From a virus: a stretch of DNA of 64,000 nt. Shown piece by piece: positions 33,080 to 41,727 of the stretch; the stretch's first letter is position 1; each line of letters opens with the position of its first letter. A model generated the notes under the pieces. It did no database searches. It saw only the letters and a program-made list of their open reading frames with translations, and was not told the DNA's origin. The stretch lies in IMG/VR virus record IMGVR_UViG_3300019458_000003, positions 1 through 64,000 of that record. One strand, written 5' to 3'. A program made the translations under genes and the position numbers.

Positions 33080-33979
33080 CTAAAATTCTCCTTCAGCGAC
33101 CTGCAAGCACGTTAGACCTTGCTCGCGCCACATGTCAACTACTTTCGAACGATCATCTAACACGAAGAGCACGTTGAATTTTCCCTTAATATAGGTCTCG
33201 TAAATCTCCTTCTTAACAATCGTATCGTCTCTCTTATCGGTTGCCCTCCGCATATAGATTCCATTGTGAGGGATACCGTGAGTAATCAACCATTCCCTTG
33301 TATGTTCTTTGTATATATCATCTCTTCCAGATACGATTATCACATGCACCGATGGTCTGCCATCCAGTCGATTATTCGATAGATGAAATTCTCGAACTAT
33401 CTCTGCTACAGAGTGATTCACCAAATCCTCTTTACATTTCTCTACGTCATAAGGACTCCGCCCATTCATTAAGGCTAAAGTCCCATCCATATCACAAATA
33501 ATCGCGTCCGGAACATTCATAATACGCTCAGAGAGAACAGGCGGTCCCTTCCGCAGGAATTGCCTGTACATCTGTCGAATCACCTTAGCTCCAACCCCAT
33601 TAGCCCTCATGGAGTCCCTTTTAATGCACTCATCCACCGAAGTAGAAAACTCTTTAATTTCCACCTCTACTTCTTCCAAACCCATTTCAGGGTCAGCTTG
33701 CGCAAGTTGTCTCATCCGAGCCTCGTGCTTCAGATGCAAATTTGTGTCATCCACAATCACACTATATCCTGCAGCCAAACACTTAATTACTAACTCGTCT
33801 CTAATTTTTAAGATAAATTTCTCGTTTTCTGTGCTCCACTCCCCGGCATCTAACATGGCTCTAAGTTCATCTTTATTGATTCTCTTGTAAACACCAGGAT
33901 TATCCTTGATCAATTGTCGAGCATAGGAAGTCTTTCCAGAGGCTGGAAGACCTTTAAGGAGCAGGATTTTTGACATCAT
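33080..33979 (-). CDS. Polynucleotide 5'-kinase / 3'-phosphatase (T4 Pnk-like)
   Basis: N-terminal P-loop GLPASGKTS and C-terminal HAD phosphatase motif IICDMDGTLA. At 299 aa it matches T4 Pnk in size and architecture. Confidence 0.85.
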   Translation of the reverse strand: MMSKILLLKGLPASGKTSYARQLIKDNPGVYKRINKDELRAMLDAGEWSTENEKFILKIRDELVIKCLAAGYSVIVDDTNLHLKHEARMRQLAQADPEMGLEEVEVEIKEFSTSVDECIKRDSMRANGVGAKVIRQMYRQFLRKGPPVLSERIMNVPDAIICDMDGTLALMNGRSPYDVEKCKEDLVNHSVAEIVREFHLSNNRLDGRPSVHVIIVSGRDDIYKEHTREWLITHGIPHNGIYMRRATDKRDDTIVKKEIYETYIKGKFNVLFVLDDRSKVVDMWREQGLTCLQVAEGEF

Positions 33980-34884
33980 CGTCCTCGTAGCGCAGATTGA
34001 AAGTATGCATTGAGCAATCGAGAAGTGGCCTTGGCAATAGCCTTCCTGACGTCGTTATTCCACACTATCTCTCCAGCGGCTTCTCGCTTTACATCTTCAA
34101 TCATCTCTGAAATGATCTCTCCGGTTTGTTTGACTTGTGGATTCTCTCTCTTCCCTAAGATATGATGAAGTCTCATAAGTGTAACCCATTCATCAGCAAT
34201 GGCGTTGGCGTTCTCCAATATTTGTAACTTCTCCGGAGATAAGACTGGTCGTGGCTTTGCAGTCTCCTTAAAGGCATCAGCTTTATGCTTAGCGATGACA
34301 CGTTTATCACCATTTGTCAACATTTCTTCGAGAGGTCTTATGATAATCCCCTCTCGTATCTTCGAATCTGAGATCCCATTCCTCCGCGCTTGAATCGAAG
34401 GATAATCTCTCTCAGCATCCAGGCACTCCACGGTAGCTGGCACCTTTTCATAAGCTACAAACTCTAGCCCTAAACTTTCAACCAATCGATGAGCGTTCGG
34501 TACATTTAGCCACCAATCTCCAATTTTAACATCGAAGGCTATAAATCTCAATTCCTTGCCATATGTAGCGCTCATCCCCTGCTGCTTGCCGCCATAGGCT
34601 TCTCCATAAATCGTCAGTTTATGCTTAACTCCCAATAGGTTGAACTTTGGCACTAACTCTGCCTCATTGAATAGCGCCAAGAACCGCTCTCGGTTCTCCC
34701 CGCCATTGAAGTAATGCACGTCAACTCTACTTGAGATCGCTTCTGGCTTACCAAACTCGAACGTGGTAACTGTTTCAAAGCTGATGTGGGCTGAGGTTCC
34801 ATGGATTTTCTCCAATGCGTATACCTCTTGAAATAATAATACTCTCTGATCTTTGTAGAGATTATCAATATGCAAATAGCCCAT
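33976..34884 (-). CDS. RNA ligase 2-like (Rnl2 family) nucleotidyltransferase
   Basis: Motif I LEKIHGTSAHISF (T4 Rnl2 has REKIHGTNFS). Start moved to the ATG at 34884, with GGGGAG 6 nt upstream. Confidence 0.7.
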   Translation of the reverse strand: MGYLHIDNLYKDQRVLLFQEVYALEKIHGTSAHISFETVTTFEFGKPEAISSRVDVHYFNGGENRERFLALFNEAELVPKFNLLGVKHKLTIYGEAYGGKQQGMSATYGKELRFIAFDVKIGDWWLNVPNAHRLVESLGLEFVAYEKVPATVECLDAERDYPSIQARRNGISDSKIREGIIIRPLEEMLTNGDKRVIAKHKADAFKETAKPRPVLSPEKLQILENANAIADEWVTLMRLHHILGKRENPQVKQTGEIISEMIEDVKREAAGEIVWNNDVRKAIAKATSRLLNAYFQSALRGR

Positions 34885-34920
34885 CTTAGCTCCCCATAGC
34901 AACGATGTTAAATCCCAATA

Positions 34921-36003
34921 TCATGCGACATCTTCATTTGTTACACGGAAGGGCTTGCTAGCTTTCGGTCTAACTCTCTTCCATATTGCTTGAGAATAAT
35001 CCTGATCGTCCAACATCTGGAATAAAATATCGGCGTACCTCGTCCGTACGAATGCCTCCGCAATCTCTTTTCGATTAACTTTCTTGTCCAAATTTTTGTA
35101 CCTTGCTCTAAGAAGAGTTAATAGTCCACCATAAAGATGGAGACACTCTTCCTCAATGAGAGAATACTGATTCCGAAGTCCAGCATCAACGACCTTTACC
35201 CACTGATAAAATTCGTCCGGGACTCTGTTCAGCAACTCTTCTAGACTTTCTCCCTCCTTGAGCATTTCCCAAATCGTCTTGCTATTTACCCCGAATACCA
35301 GGCGATGTAGCCGCCTATATTCTTCCCCCTTAACCTTGATTCTGAAACCATTTGGCCACTTAACTACGAAACCTTCTCGGTCGTTTGGCACAGTTTCCCT
35401 AAGATTTGATAAATCTGAGATTGCCTCAAGATGTGGGCGCACCATTGGAACGAAAGAAGGACAGTTTTCTAACAACGACAATTCTTCGCCTGTTTTAGTT
35501 TCGATAACAGCTAACATAAAGAGGTCATCAATGCTTCCATAATTCACGACGATTTGATTGTCCGGAAACACAATTTCAAATAAGTATGTAAACGCTGGAT
35601 TGAATTGAACGAATTTGTATTTGTCGTGTAAAACCTTAGTAGCATGGAGAGCTTGCTCCGACACAAAACTGCCCCTAGTCGCAATGAACGGCTTTCCCCC
35701 TACGAAGTATAAAATACCAAGACTACCATCTATCTTTTCATAAACTTCAAACTTTCCGCCAGGCAGAGCACCTTGATGCTCCTCCAAATTAAAGAATTTC
35801 TGAAATGGACGCGCTACGATATTAAAATTCAAATCCGTTATTAATCCCCGACATGCTACTGTTTCCGGCGTCCACATTCGTTCAAACTGAGTTCGATTGG
35901 TGTAGTTCCAAATAAGCAGAGGAAATGTTGGATGCTTCTGACACCCGATGTACCCCTGCTGCTGGAGAGTCAAAACTTTTTGGAAATCAATTTCCATAAC
36001 CAT
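34921..36003 (-). CDS. RNA ligase 1-like (T4 RnlA family)
   Basis: Motif I VYEKIDGSLGILY (KxDG). At 360 aa it is close to T4 Rnl1 in size. Confidence 0.7.
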   Translation of the reverse strand: MVMEIDFQKVLTLQQQGYIGCQKHPTFPLLIWNYTNRTQFERMWTPETVACRGLITDLNFNIVARPFQKFFNLEEHQGALPGGKFEVYEKIDGSLGILYFVGGKPFIATRGSFVSEQALHATKVLHDKYKFVQFNPAFTYLFEIVFPDNQIVVNYGSIDDLFMLAVIETKTGEELSLLENCPSFVPMVRPHLEAISDLSNLRETVPNDREGFVVKWPNGFRIKVKGEEYRRLHRLVFGVNSKTIWEMLKEGESLEELLNRVPDEFYQWVKVVDAGLRNQYSLIEEECLHLYGGLLTLLRARYKNLDKKVNRKEIAEAFVRTRYADILFQMLDDQDYSQAIWKRVRPKASKPFRVTNEDVA

Positions 36004-36093
36004 CTTTCATTAATGAGTCCACCCGTAGACATTCTCGCGGCTCCTGTGTCGTTATGGCTCGACCGCCTCATACCGCTGCAACTCAGTCATGGG

Positions 36094-36288
36094 TCAGTCA
36101 TTAGCCAAAGGAGGGATAAGGGTCACAATCATGTTACGCCTTTGGGTGTCTTCATCAATCGCCACCTTGCAATAGTCAAACTCGCCCCAATCGTGTCCGC
36201 TAACCGCGACAACACGCACACGCCGAACTTGACCATAATGGACCTTACAGGAACCATCGCAGACGGGCTTAGTCATTTTTACGTCCAC
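36094..36288 (-). CDS. Hypothetical protein (MDVKM N-terminus)
   Basis: 64 aa. It starts inside the 26-nt repeat; the true start is GTG (MDVKM) or the ATG 12 nt downstream. Confidence 0.45.
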   Translation of the reverse strand: MDVKMTKPVCDGSCKVHYGQVRRVRVVAVSGHDWGEFDYCKVAIDEDTQRRNMIVTLIPPLAND

Positions 36289-36299
36289 TCATCTCAAAG
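36274..36299 (-). repeat. 26-nt direct repeat, copy 1 (CTTTGAGATGAGTGGACGTAAAAATG on the minus strand)
   Basis: Identical to 36953-36978. It covers the translation start of 36094..36288. Confidence 0.9.
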
Positions 36300-36332
36300 T
36301 AGAAAGTTTTGTTCCACAATAAAAACAATATT

Positions 36333-36485
36333 CTAAAACAAGCGCTCCAAATTTATAAAAATCTTCCCCCAGTAGTCATCAGTTTTCTTATTTCGAGTAT
36401 AATTTCTCCAACGATGCCCCTTCGAGTCTTTACATCCAGGCTCTGGCGTTATTGCCGGTCTAAAATCGTCGCTGCAATTGCCCAT
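36333..36485 (-). CDS. Hypothetical protein (50 aa, below cutoff)
   Basis: Hand translation: MGNCSDDFRPAITPEPGCKDSKGHRWRNYTRNKKTDDYWGKIFINLERLF. GGAGG lies 10 nt upstream. Confidence 0.35.
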   Translation of the reverse strand: MGNCSDDFRPAITPEPGCKDSKGHRWRNYTRNKKTDDYWGKIFINLERLF

Positions 36486-36500
36486 CTACGTAGGGCCTCC

Positions 36501-36710
36501 TTAGCCGCCAATTTCTGTTATTTTCAGGTCAAACACTTCCGTAAATGTCACTTCAAATGCATCTGCTATGACTTTTCTAGCCATTGTTACAGCGTCTCGA
36601 TGTGATTCTATACCACTTAATTCAAAACTAAGAGAGCCTCCCGGCCGAATCAAACCTTTACCACCTTGGTAAATATCGCTTACGCTACCCACACAACGAT
36701 ATACACTCAT
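36501..36710 (-). CDS. Hypothetical protein
   Basis: ORF track, 69 aa. Confidence 0.45.
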   Translation of the reverse strand: MSVYRCVGSVSDIYQGGKGLIRPGGSLSFELSGIESHRDAVTMARKVIADAFEVTFTEVFDLKITEIGG

Positions 36711-36730
36711 TTATTTCTCCTTGGTTAATT

Positions 36731-36967
36731 TTATTCCATCCATTGTCCAGGTGCCGGTTTACTCATAATCTCTTTCACTCGATCTTCACCATGTTTCAAG
36801 CAGTAATAACCTTCTATTGCATATCCTGTAGAACTACCTAACTGAATCTTACCTACAGAATTTTTAGAACAATTTTCACATCTTGGCCAAAGATAAAATA
36901 TGGGAGCATGTCCATGATGTAATGTTTTGTTGCCTGGGTAGGTGAAATCAGACATTTTTACGTCCAC
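36731..36967 (-). CDS. Hypothetical Cys/His-rich protein (MDVKM N-terminus)
   Basis: 78 aa. It starts inside copy 2 of the 26-nt repeat. Confidence 0.45.
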   Translation of the reverse strand: MDVKMSDFTYPGNKTLHHGHAPIFYLWPRCENCSKNSVGKIQLGSSTGYAIEGYYCLKHGEDRVKEIMSKPAPGQWME

Positions 36968-37232
36968 TCATCTCAAAGGTGATATTTCCACAAATTCTAG
37001 TAGATTTTATATTATAAAAGTTTACGTTTGTCTTTGGCTCTTTGCGACTGATTAATTCTGGTAAAGGAGGTCTTTCAAGAGCATGGTCAATATGGACATC
37101 TACTGTAACACTACCAGGCTTTATCCTAACCTTTAATGCTTTAAAATAATCAGATTCCAAAACGACATTTTCTATCGCTCTAGTTAATTTTAGTAGCTTT
37201 GTTTTAATTCGTTTAGGTGTCGCTTCTATCAT
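36948..37232 (-). CDS. Hypothetical protein
   Basis: 94 aa. The 3' end (FEMSGRKNV) is encoded by copy 2 of the 26-nt repeat. Confidence 0.45.
   Translation of the reverse strand: MIEATPKRIKTKLLKLTRAIENVVLESDYFKALKVRIKPGSVTVDVHIDHALERPPLPELISRKEPKTNVNFYNIKSTRICGNITFEMSGRKNV
36953..36978 (-). repeat. 26-nt direct repeat, copy 2
   Basis: Identical to 36274-36299. Confidence 0.9.
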
Positions 37233-37245
37233 CGCCTGTAACTCC

Positions 37246-37434
37246 CTATTCTATGTCCGAAATTTCTTTTAAATAGTACGCCTCATCAGGCAACACTAAC
37301 CATTCGGAGTTTAATACGTATGTGTTGAGAGTAGAACCATCAACAAACTTAACCAAAACCCTATGATAGCCCATGCCCGATTCTGGCAAATCGAGTAACT
37401 TATTAGTCAAATGCTCTGGCAACTTAATTCTCAT
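37246..37434 (-). CDS. Hypothetical protein
   Basis: ORF track, 62 aa. Confidence 0.45.
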   Translation of the reverse strand: MRIKLPEHLTNKLLDLPESGMGYHRVLVKFVDGSTLNTYVLNSEWLVLPDEAYYLKEISDIE

Positions 37435-37491
37435 GTTTAGCTTCCTCCGTTTCTGATATATTAGCGAAATGTTCGGCTATTACTTTTTCTT

Positions 37492-37680
37492 TTACCATTT
37501 CTCCGTCCCTTTGTCACGTTCGTATGGTCCTCGGATAGGCTGAAATTGCGAAGGATAATGGCTTCCTAAATTACTCAGGTTTCTTTTCCATGCTGGCCAT
37601 CTAGCCACTTTCCTGGCTGCTTCGGCGACCCTTCCCCAAAAAGCATCTTCCGACTTTTCCGGTTGGGTTTTACTTTTCAT
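37492..37680 (-). CDS. Hypothetical basic protein
   Basis: ORF track, 62 aa. Confidence 0.4.
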   Translation of the reverse strand: MKSKTQPEKSEDAFWGRVAEAARKVARWPAWKRNLSNLGSHYPSQFQPIRGPYERDKGTEKW

Positions 37681-37973
37681 TTAACTCCCATCACCTTTTG
37701 CCAATATGGAACATAGGGTTTCTTGCTGTCCTTGGCTCGAATTTCTTCTAACTCTGCTTCTGTCGGAAAAATGCGACATTCGTCAATAATATCCGCCCAT
37801 AATTCCTTGATACTGTCAGCACGAAACATTGTGCGACGACCCGCACTCTGATGGATAGTAACAAGAAACGCTACCGTTTTGTGAGAAGTAATATCGTCAT
37901 CTATGGTTCGTTCCACTAAGCGACTAATATCTATTCTATAATCACGCCACACTTTATTCTTGAGACGTTTCAT
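37677..37973 (-). CDS. Hypothetical protein
   Basis: ORF track, 98 aa, 4-nt overlap downstream. Confidence 0.45.
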   Translation of the reverse strand: MKRLKNKVWRDYRIDISRLVERTIDDDITSHKTVAFLVTIHQSAGRRTMFRADSIKELWADIIDECRIFPTEAELEEIRAKDSKKPYVPYWQKVMGVK

Positions 37974-37984
37974 CTATGCCCTCC

Positions 37985-38437
37985 TCAGAGTCCGACCTTT
38001 TCGAGAATTTGTGCTGCTTTAAGATAATCTTTCCACGCTGCTCTACCTATCCCGCTATCCCGCTTGTCGCCTACAAACTCACTAGCTTCCTCTATAGCAT
38101 CTACTTGTATATCCGATAAACTAGGAGTAGGTTTCGAATTTATATATCTAAATGCGTACTCAAACATTCCTTCTCGCATATAATTAATAGCCTGTAATTT
38201 CTTTCCAGTCTCAGCATTATAGTAACCTGGACGAAGATCACTAACGTTAAATGATCTGGCTTTCAGAGTTCTATCCATAACTGCTCCCGCCATACAAACA
38301 TGACAAACGCCGCCGAACAATTTAAACCATCGAGACATATCTAATTTATAATTTTCGAGCTTCTCGACCTTTCTGCAATCGCTTACAGCAAGTCTAAGAA
38401 GTTCAGATAATTTGTTAGGCAATAACGGTTGTTTCAT
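37985..38437 (-). CDS. Hypothetical protein
   Basis: ORF track, 150 aa. Confidence 0.5.
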   Translation of the reverse strand: MKQPLLPNKLSELLRLAVSDCRKVEKLENYKLDMSRWFKLFGGVCHVCMAGAVMDRTLKARSFNVSDLRPGYYNAETGKKLQAINYMREGMFEYAFRYINSKPTPSLSDIQVDAIEEASEFVGDKRDSGIGRAAWKDYLKAAQILEKVGL

Positions 38438-38650
38438 TTATTCTCCCATCAATTCGTGGTTTTCGTACAAATTACCAAGAATTTTGATTTCTCCGAGAAA
38501 GTCCGTTCTATGGTATCCCTTAGTTGTCCAAATACCCCACTCCAAGTTACCGAGCGTTTGGTCGTCATTCCAAATGACTTCGCCTATAACCCGTTCTCCC
38601 CCAATACCTGTATTATCAAATGAGACAATATCACTTCTCAGCCAGCCCAA
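38438..38650 (-). CDS. Hypothetical protein
   Basis: ORF track, 70 aa, abuts the next gene. Confidence 0.4.
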   Translation of the reverse strand: MGWLRSDIVSFDNTGIGGERVIGEVIWNDDQTLGNLEWGIWTTKGYHRTDFLGEIKILGNLYENHELMGE

Positions 38651-39902
38651 TGCGGCGGTGACTCAGTTCAATATATGCGGGTTGGAGTTCTAGTCCCACG
38701 AAGAAACGACCGAGTTTCACCGCGACGGCTCCGGTAGTTCCAGAGCCGCAGAATGGGTCGAGGACGGTGCAGGGGATGGTATCATCCTGACAAGAGCAGG
38801 TGGGCGACCAGCCCGTTGTCTTGGGAGGATTGGCGATGCGCTTCCTCGGTGCCCCACACGCCGCACAGCAGCCCTTCGTGCTAGTACCAGCCTTGATGCA
38901 GGGTTCGACCAGCTTCTCCGGGTAGGTGGCAAAGTGCGCCTCTTTGTAGGGCTGAGTGGTAATCGTCCAGACGGTGCGGAGGTTGCGGCCAGTATTCTTA
39001 TAAAACTCAGACTGTGGTTTACCCAATGCAGAATGATTTTTACTTCCAGGAGGTGTACTACGAAATCCTGTGATAGGTCGTTTACTTGAATTGATTTTGG
39101 CGTTTTTATAATCTTCCCGCACCGCCTCCTGGTCGAAGAAGTAGCGGGGCGACTTGGTCAGCAGGAACAGATATTCGTGCGACTTCGTAGGACGATCCGT
39201 GACGCTCTCTGGTATGGGATTCGGCTTCGCCCAGATGATGTCGCTGCGGAGATACCAGCCATCGGCTTGGAGGGCGAGGGCCACGCGCCAGGGGATGCCA
39301 ACGAGGTCTTTGGGTTTTAGGATAGGGTGATGTCCATCGCTAGGTCGCATGCGACCTGGCCCGCCCACATGAGCAGCTGGAGATGATAATGACTTGCCAG
39401 CAGCGACCCTCGCGGCCTGATACTCTGGACTGGAATGACCACTCTGACCCTTACCGCCCCAATACGAGTCACCGAGGTTCAAGAACATCACGCCGTCATC
39501 GCGTAGGACGCGCCGGACTTCTCGGAATACATCAACGATGTGCTTAACATACAACTCTGGCGTCGGCTCCGACCCCAATTCACCACGCCAGGCGCTGCAG
39601 GAACAAAAACGATCTGTATCAGACTTAAAAGCGCGGCCTGAGTTTCCTGGTTGCTCGCCGCGACTACCATAAACCTTCCCACCTCCTACACCGCCGGAAG
39701 CATCGCGTTGTGGAGATTGAGTTCTAATAGACGTTTCTCCCCATCCATGCTCATGTCCCGCTTCCCCACCCCAGACCTGCGGCTCGGTCTTATAGCTCCG
39801 CAGTCCCCAATAAGGCGGGGAGGTAACAACACAATGGACGCTGTTGTTAGGCATCGCTTTCAACAAATCTACCGCATGACCTTGTAATATTTCCCACACC
39901 AT
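38631..39902 (-). CDS. Beta-class N4-cytosine/N6-adenine DNA methyltransferase (SPPY type)
   Basis: Motif IV VVTSPPYWGLR near the N-terminus and motif I VLDPFCGSGTTGAVA near the C-terminus (N6_N4_Mtase order). SPPY is more typical of m4C enzymes. It has a large central insertion and GC-rich coding sequence by eye. Confidence 0.8.
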   Translation of the reverse strand: MVWEILQGHAVDLLKAMPNNSVHCVVTSPPYWGLRSYKTEPQVWGGEAGHEHGWGETSIRTQSPQRDASGGVGGGKVYGSRGEQPGNSGRAFKSDTDRFCSCSAWRGELGSEPTPELYVKHIVDVFREVRRVLRDDGVMFLNLGDSYWGGKGQSGHSSPEYQAARVAAGKSLSSPAAHVGGPGRMRPSDGHHPILKPKDLVGIPWRVALALQADGWYLRSDIIWAKPNPIPESVTDRPTKSHEYLFLLTKSPRYFFDQEAVREDYKNAKINSSKRPITGFRSTPPGSKNHSALGKPQSEFYKNTGRNLRTVWTITTQPYKEAHFATYPEKLVEPCIKAGTSTKGCCAACGAPRKRIANPPKTTGWSPTCSCQDDTIPCTVLDPFCGSGTTGAVAVKLGRFFVGLELQPAYIELSHRRIGLAEK

Positions 39903-39984
39903 CTTTTCTCCTTTTTATCAAGTGTTGGTTTATATCTATTCATAATTGCTACTCACATATAGAAAGAGTTTCCACTTCACCGTG

Positions 39985-40125
39985 TCAGGAGTTACCTACA
40001 AGTGCCTTTACGAGCATGGTCTTTATGTTGTTGATGGAATACTCCCCAAGTAGAATGCCAGTAAAGTCAATCCCTACTTCGTCCCAAATCTTTTTCTCGA
40101 TAAGTTGTCGGTCTTCCTCAGTCAT
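39985..40125 (-). CDS. Hypothetical protein (46 aa, below cutoff)
   Basis: Hand translation: MTEEDRQLIEKKIWDEVGIDFTGILLGEYSINNIKTMLVKALVGNS. GGAG lies 6 nt upstream. Confidence 0.4.
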   Translation of the reverse strand: MTEEDRQLIEKKIWDEVGIDFTGILLGEYSINNIKTMLVKALVGNS

Positions 40126-40147
40126 CGTAATCTCCTATTGCCACCGA

Positions 40148-40354
40148 TTACGTTTGTATCGGTTCATTTTTTAAACCTCTTTCGTTAATTATCTCAATTG
40201 TCTCCCTAAATATCAAAAACCATCTCTTAGCAAACTGCCTCTGCATATTATTTACCTTTTCGACATTCACATCAAACAACAATGCCGCAAATTCTCTATA
40301 GATATCGATCATCGTCTGACCTCCAATCTTTGAGAAGGCTTGTCTGCGAGGCAT
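40148..40354 (-). CDS. Hypothetical protein
   Basis: ORF track, 68 aa. Start uncertain. Confidence 0.4.
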   Translation of the reverse strand: MPRRQAFSKIGGQTMIDIYREFAALLFDVNVEKVNNMQRQFAKRWFLIFRETIEIINERGLKNEPIQT

Positions 40355-40484
40355 ATGTAATGTTCCCCGCTTTTCCCGGCCAGGACGTCCGATTTGTCAC
40401 TAACCGTTAGCCGCCAGTTAGCCTTTCTTTGTCGGACCTTATATTTAGCGACAACCTTCTCAATCTTACTCTTGCTCCACTAAA

Positions 40485-41210
40485 TCAAAACAACCCGAAA
40501 GCGTTCAGCAATCCTCGATCATTCGACTTAGAACGATTCTCAAGCCGCTTCATTGCCTTGCGGTAGCTGGTGCTGCATTCTTCCTTCGTCATGACTTCGG
40601 CCTTGCAAGCCTCAATCAAACGAGTGATGTAATTGTCGGTCTTGGCATAGGTACTGGTCTGACTAAAGCCGATGCCTCCAAAGATCGTACCGACGCTGAT
40701 TGAATCTGTTCCGAGCGCTGCTGGTGCCGCTGAGTGTCCGTAGCTGTAGACCTTAACCTTATCGCCCTCAACGTTGACTCCCTCGTTGTTAGCTGACTGG
40801 TTCTGATCTTGGTCTGAGTTCGAGCGAGAACGAGTTGACTGGCTCTGTCCCTGACCTTGAATCTGACCCTGAGATTGACGGTTCGAATTACGATTACGAA
40901 CGCTGTTACGATTGCTAATGTCATTAACGTTAACGTCAGTTGTGTTCACTGTGTTACGAACGTCATTGTCAACGTTAGAAGAGCCTCCGAATCCCAAACC
41001 CGTACCGCCCTGACCGCCTTGTCCACCGAACGCCGTTGCATTTCCACCATTTGACGTGCTGCTAACGTTGCCGACCGAAGCGTTTGAACGATTGTCCGCA
41101 TTGTTGTTAGCTGTTGCGGTAGCGTTCGAGTCATTCCCGTTATTTGACGCAAAAGCGACGGTGTTAATGAAACACAGGCCACACAAGAGACTGATTGCCC
41201 AATTGCGCAT
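40485..41210 (-). CDS. Secreted low-complexity N/S/G/Q-rich protein
   Basis: Signal peptide MRNWAISLLCGLCFINTVAFA is followed by ~130 aa of N/S/G/Q-rich sequence (GGQGGQGGTGLGFGG, QSQGQIQGQGQSQS) and an ordered C-terminal domain with two Cys. Confidence 0.65.
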   Translation of the reverse strand: MRNWAISLLCGLCFINTVAFASNNGNDSNATATANNNADNRSNASVGNVSSTSNGGNATAFGGQGGQGGTGLGFGGSSNVDNDVRNTVNTTDVNVNDISNRNSVRNRNSNRQSQGQIQGQGQSQSTRSRSNSDQDQNQSANNEGVNVEGDKVKVYSYGHSAAPAALGTDSISVGTIFGGIGFSQTSTYAKTDNYITRLIEACKAEVMTKEECSTSYRKAMKRLENRSKSNDRGLLNAFGLF

Positions 41211-41263
41211 TTCGTATTACCTCCCAATTAAGTGCTCTACGTTTGATTGCTGCCCGAATTGCC

Positions 41264-41464
41264 CTATTTTGTCTGCTTTTTACAGTCTGCACCCCCTTTT
41301 ATATGGCACTTAAGCTTCTCTAGCGCTTTCTGCAGGAGCCGATGTTCTCGTTCTACAGCGCTACCTGGGGCACCATATCCCAACGTGCTGACAGCGCGAT
41401 CAAGTAAATCTACCTCTTTCAAGGTAATTCTACACATCTGCCCCCCCACGTGATGGCTACACAA
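41264..41464 (-). CDS. Hypothetical protein
   Basis: 66 aa. The TTG start has GGAGG 9 nt upstream and lies directly downstream of promoter 41481..41510. An internal ATG start is possible. Confidence 0.4.
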   Translation of the reverse strand: MCSHHVGGQMCRITLKEVDLLDRAVSTLGYGAPGSAVEREHRLLQKALEKLKCHIKGGADCKKQTK

Positions 41465-41480
41465 CAGAGCCTACCTCCAA

Positions 41481-41510
41481 AGTATACCACACGAAATATC
41501 CCCCTGTCAA
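41481..41510 (-). promoter_or_regulatory. Early sigma70-type promoter P1
   Basis: Minus strand: TTGACAGGGGGATATTTCGTGTGGTATACT. It has -35 TTGACA, an 18-nt spacer, the TGTG extended -10 motif and -10 TATACT. Confidence 0.75.
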
Positions 41511-41698
41511 GATTTCTTAGACGGCTTCTTGAAACGTGTTCGAGCAAGAATTTGAAGCTCAACTAACCGCTGCGTCCTCGGTCCATCAACAGGCGGAGTG
41601 GCACATTTGATAGCCTCGTCAAGTTCCTCTCGACTCATGAGATTAAAGCAACGAATCTTCAATTCTTTTGCCCTAACCTTCATCTCTTTACGAGTCAT
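41507..41698 (-). CDS. Small HeH / Rho-N-like (SAP-like) motif protein
   Basis: Start moved to the ATG at 41698 (MTRKEMKVRAKELKIRCFNLMSREELDEAI), with GAGGAGGTAG upstream. The track start would lie inside promoter P2. Confidence 0.55.
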   Translation of the reverse strand: MTRKEMKVRAKELKIRCFNLMSREELDEAIKCATPPVDGPRTQRLVELQILARTRFKKPSKKS

Positions 41699-41727
41699 AT
41701 CTACCTCCTCTTCTAATGAGTACCTAA

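Noticed and set aside
40616-41227. Alternative-frame minus-strand ORFs 40616..40924 and 40946..41227, and plus-strand ORF 40857..41054, within the Q/N-rich gene.
   Set aside because: Low-complexity repetitive DNA keeps several frames open. Only the 40485..41210 frame has a signal peptide, an SD and a sensible C-terminal domain.
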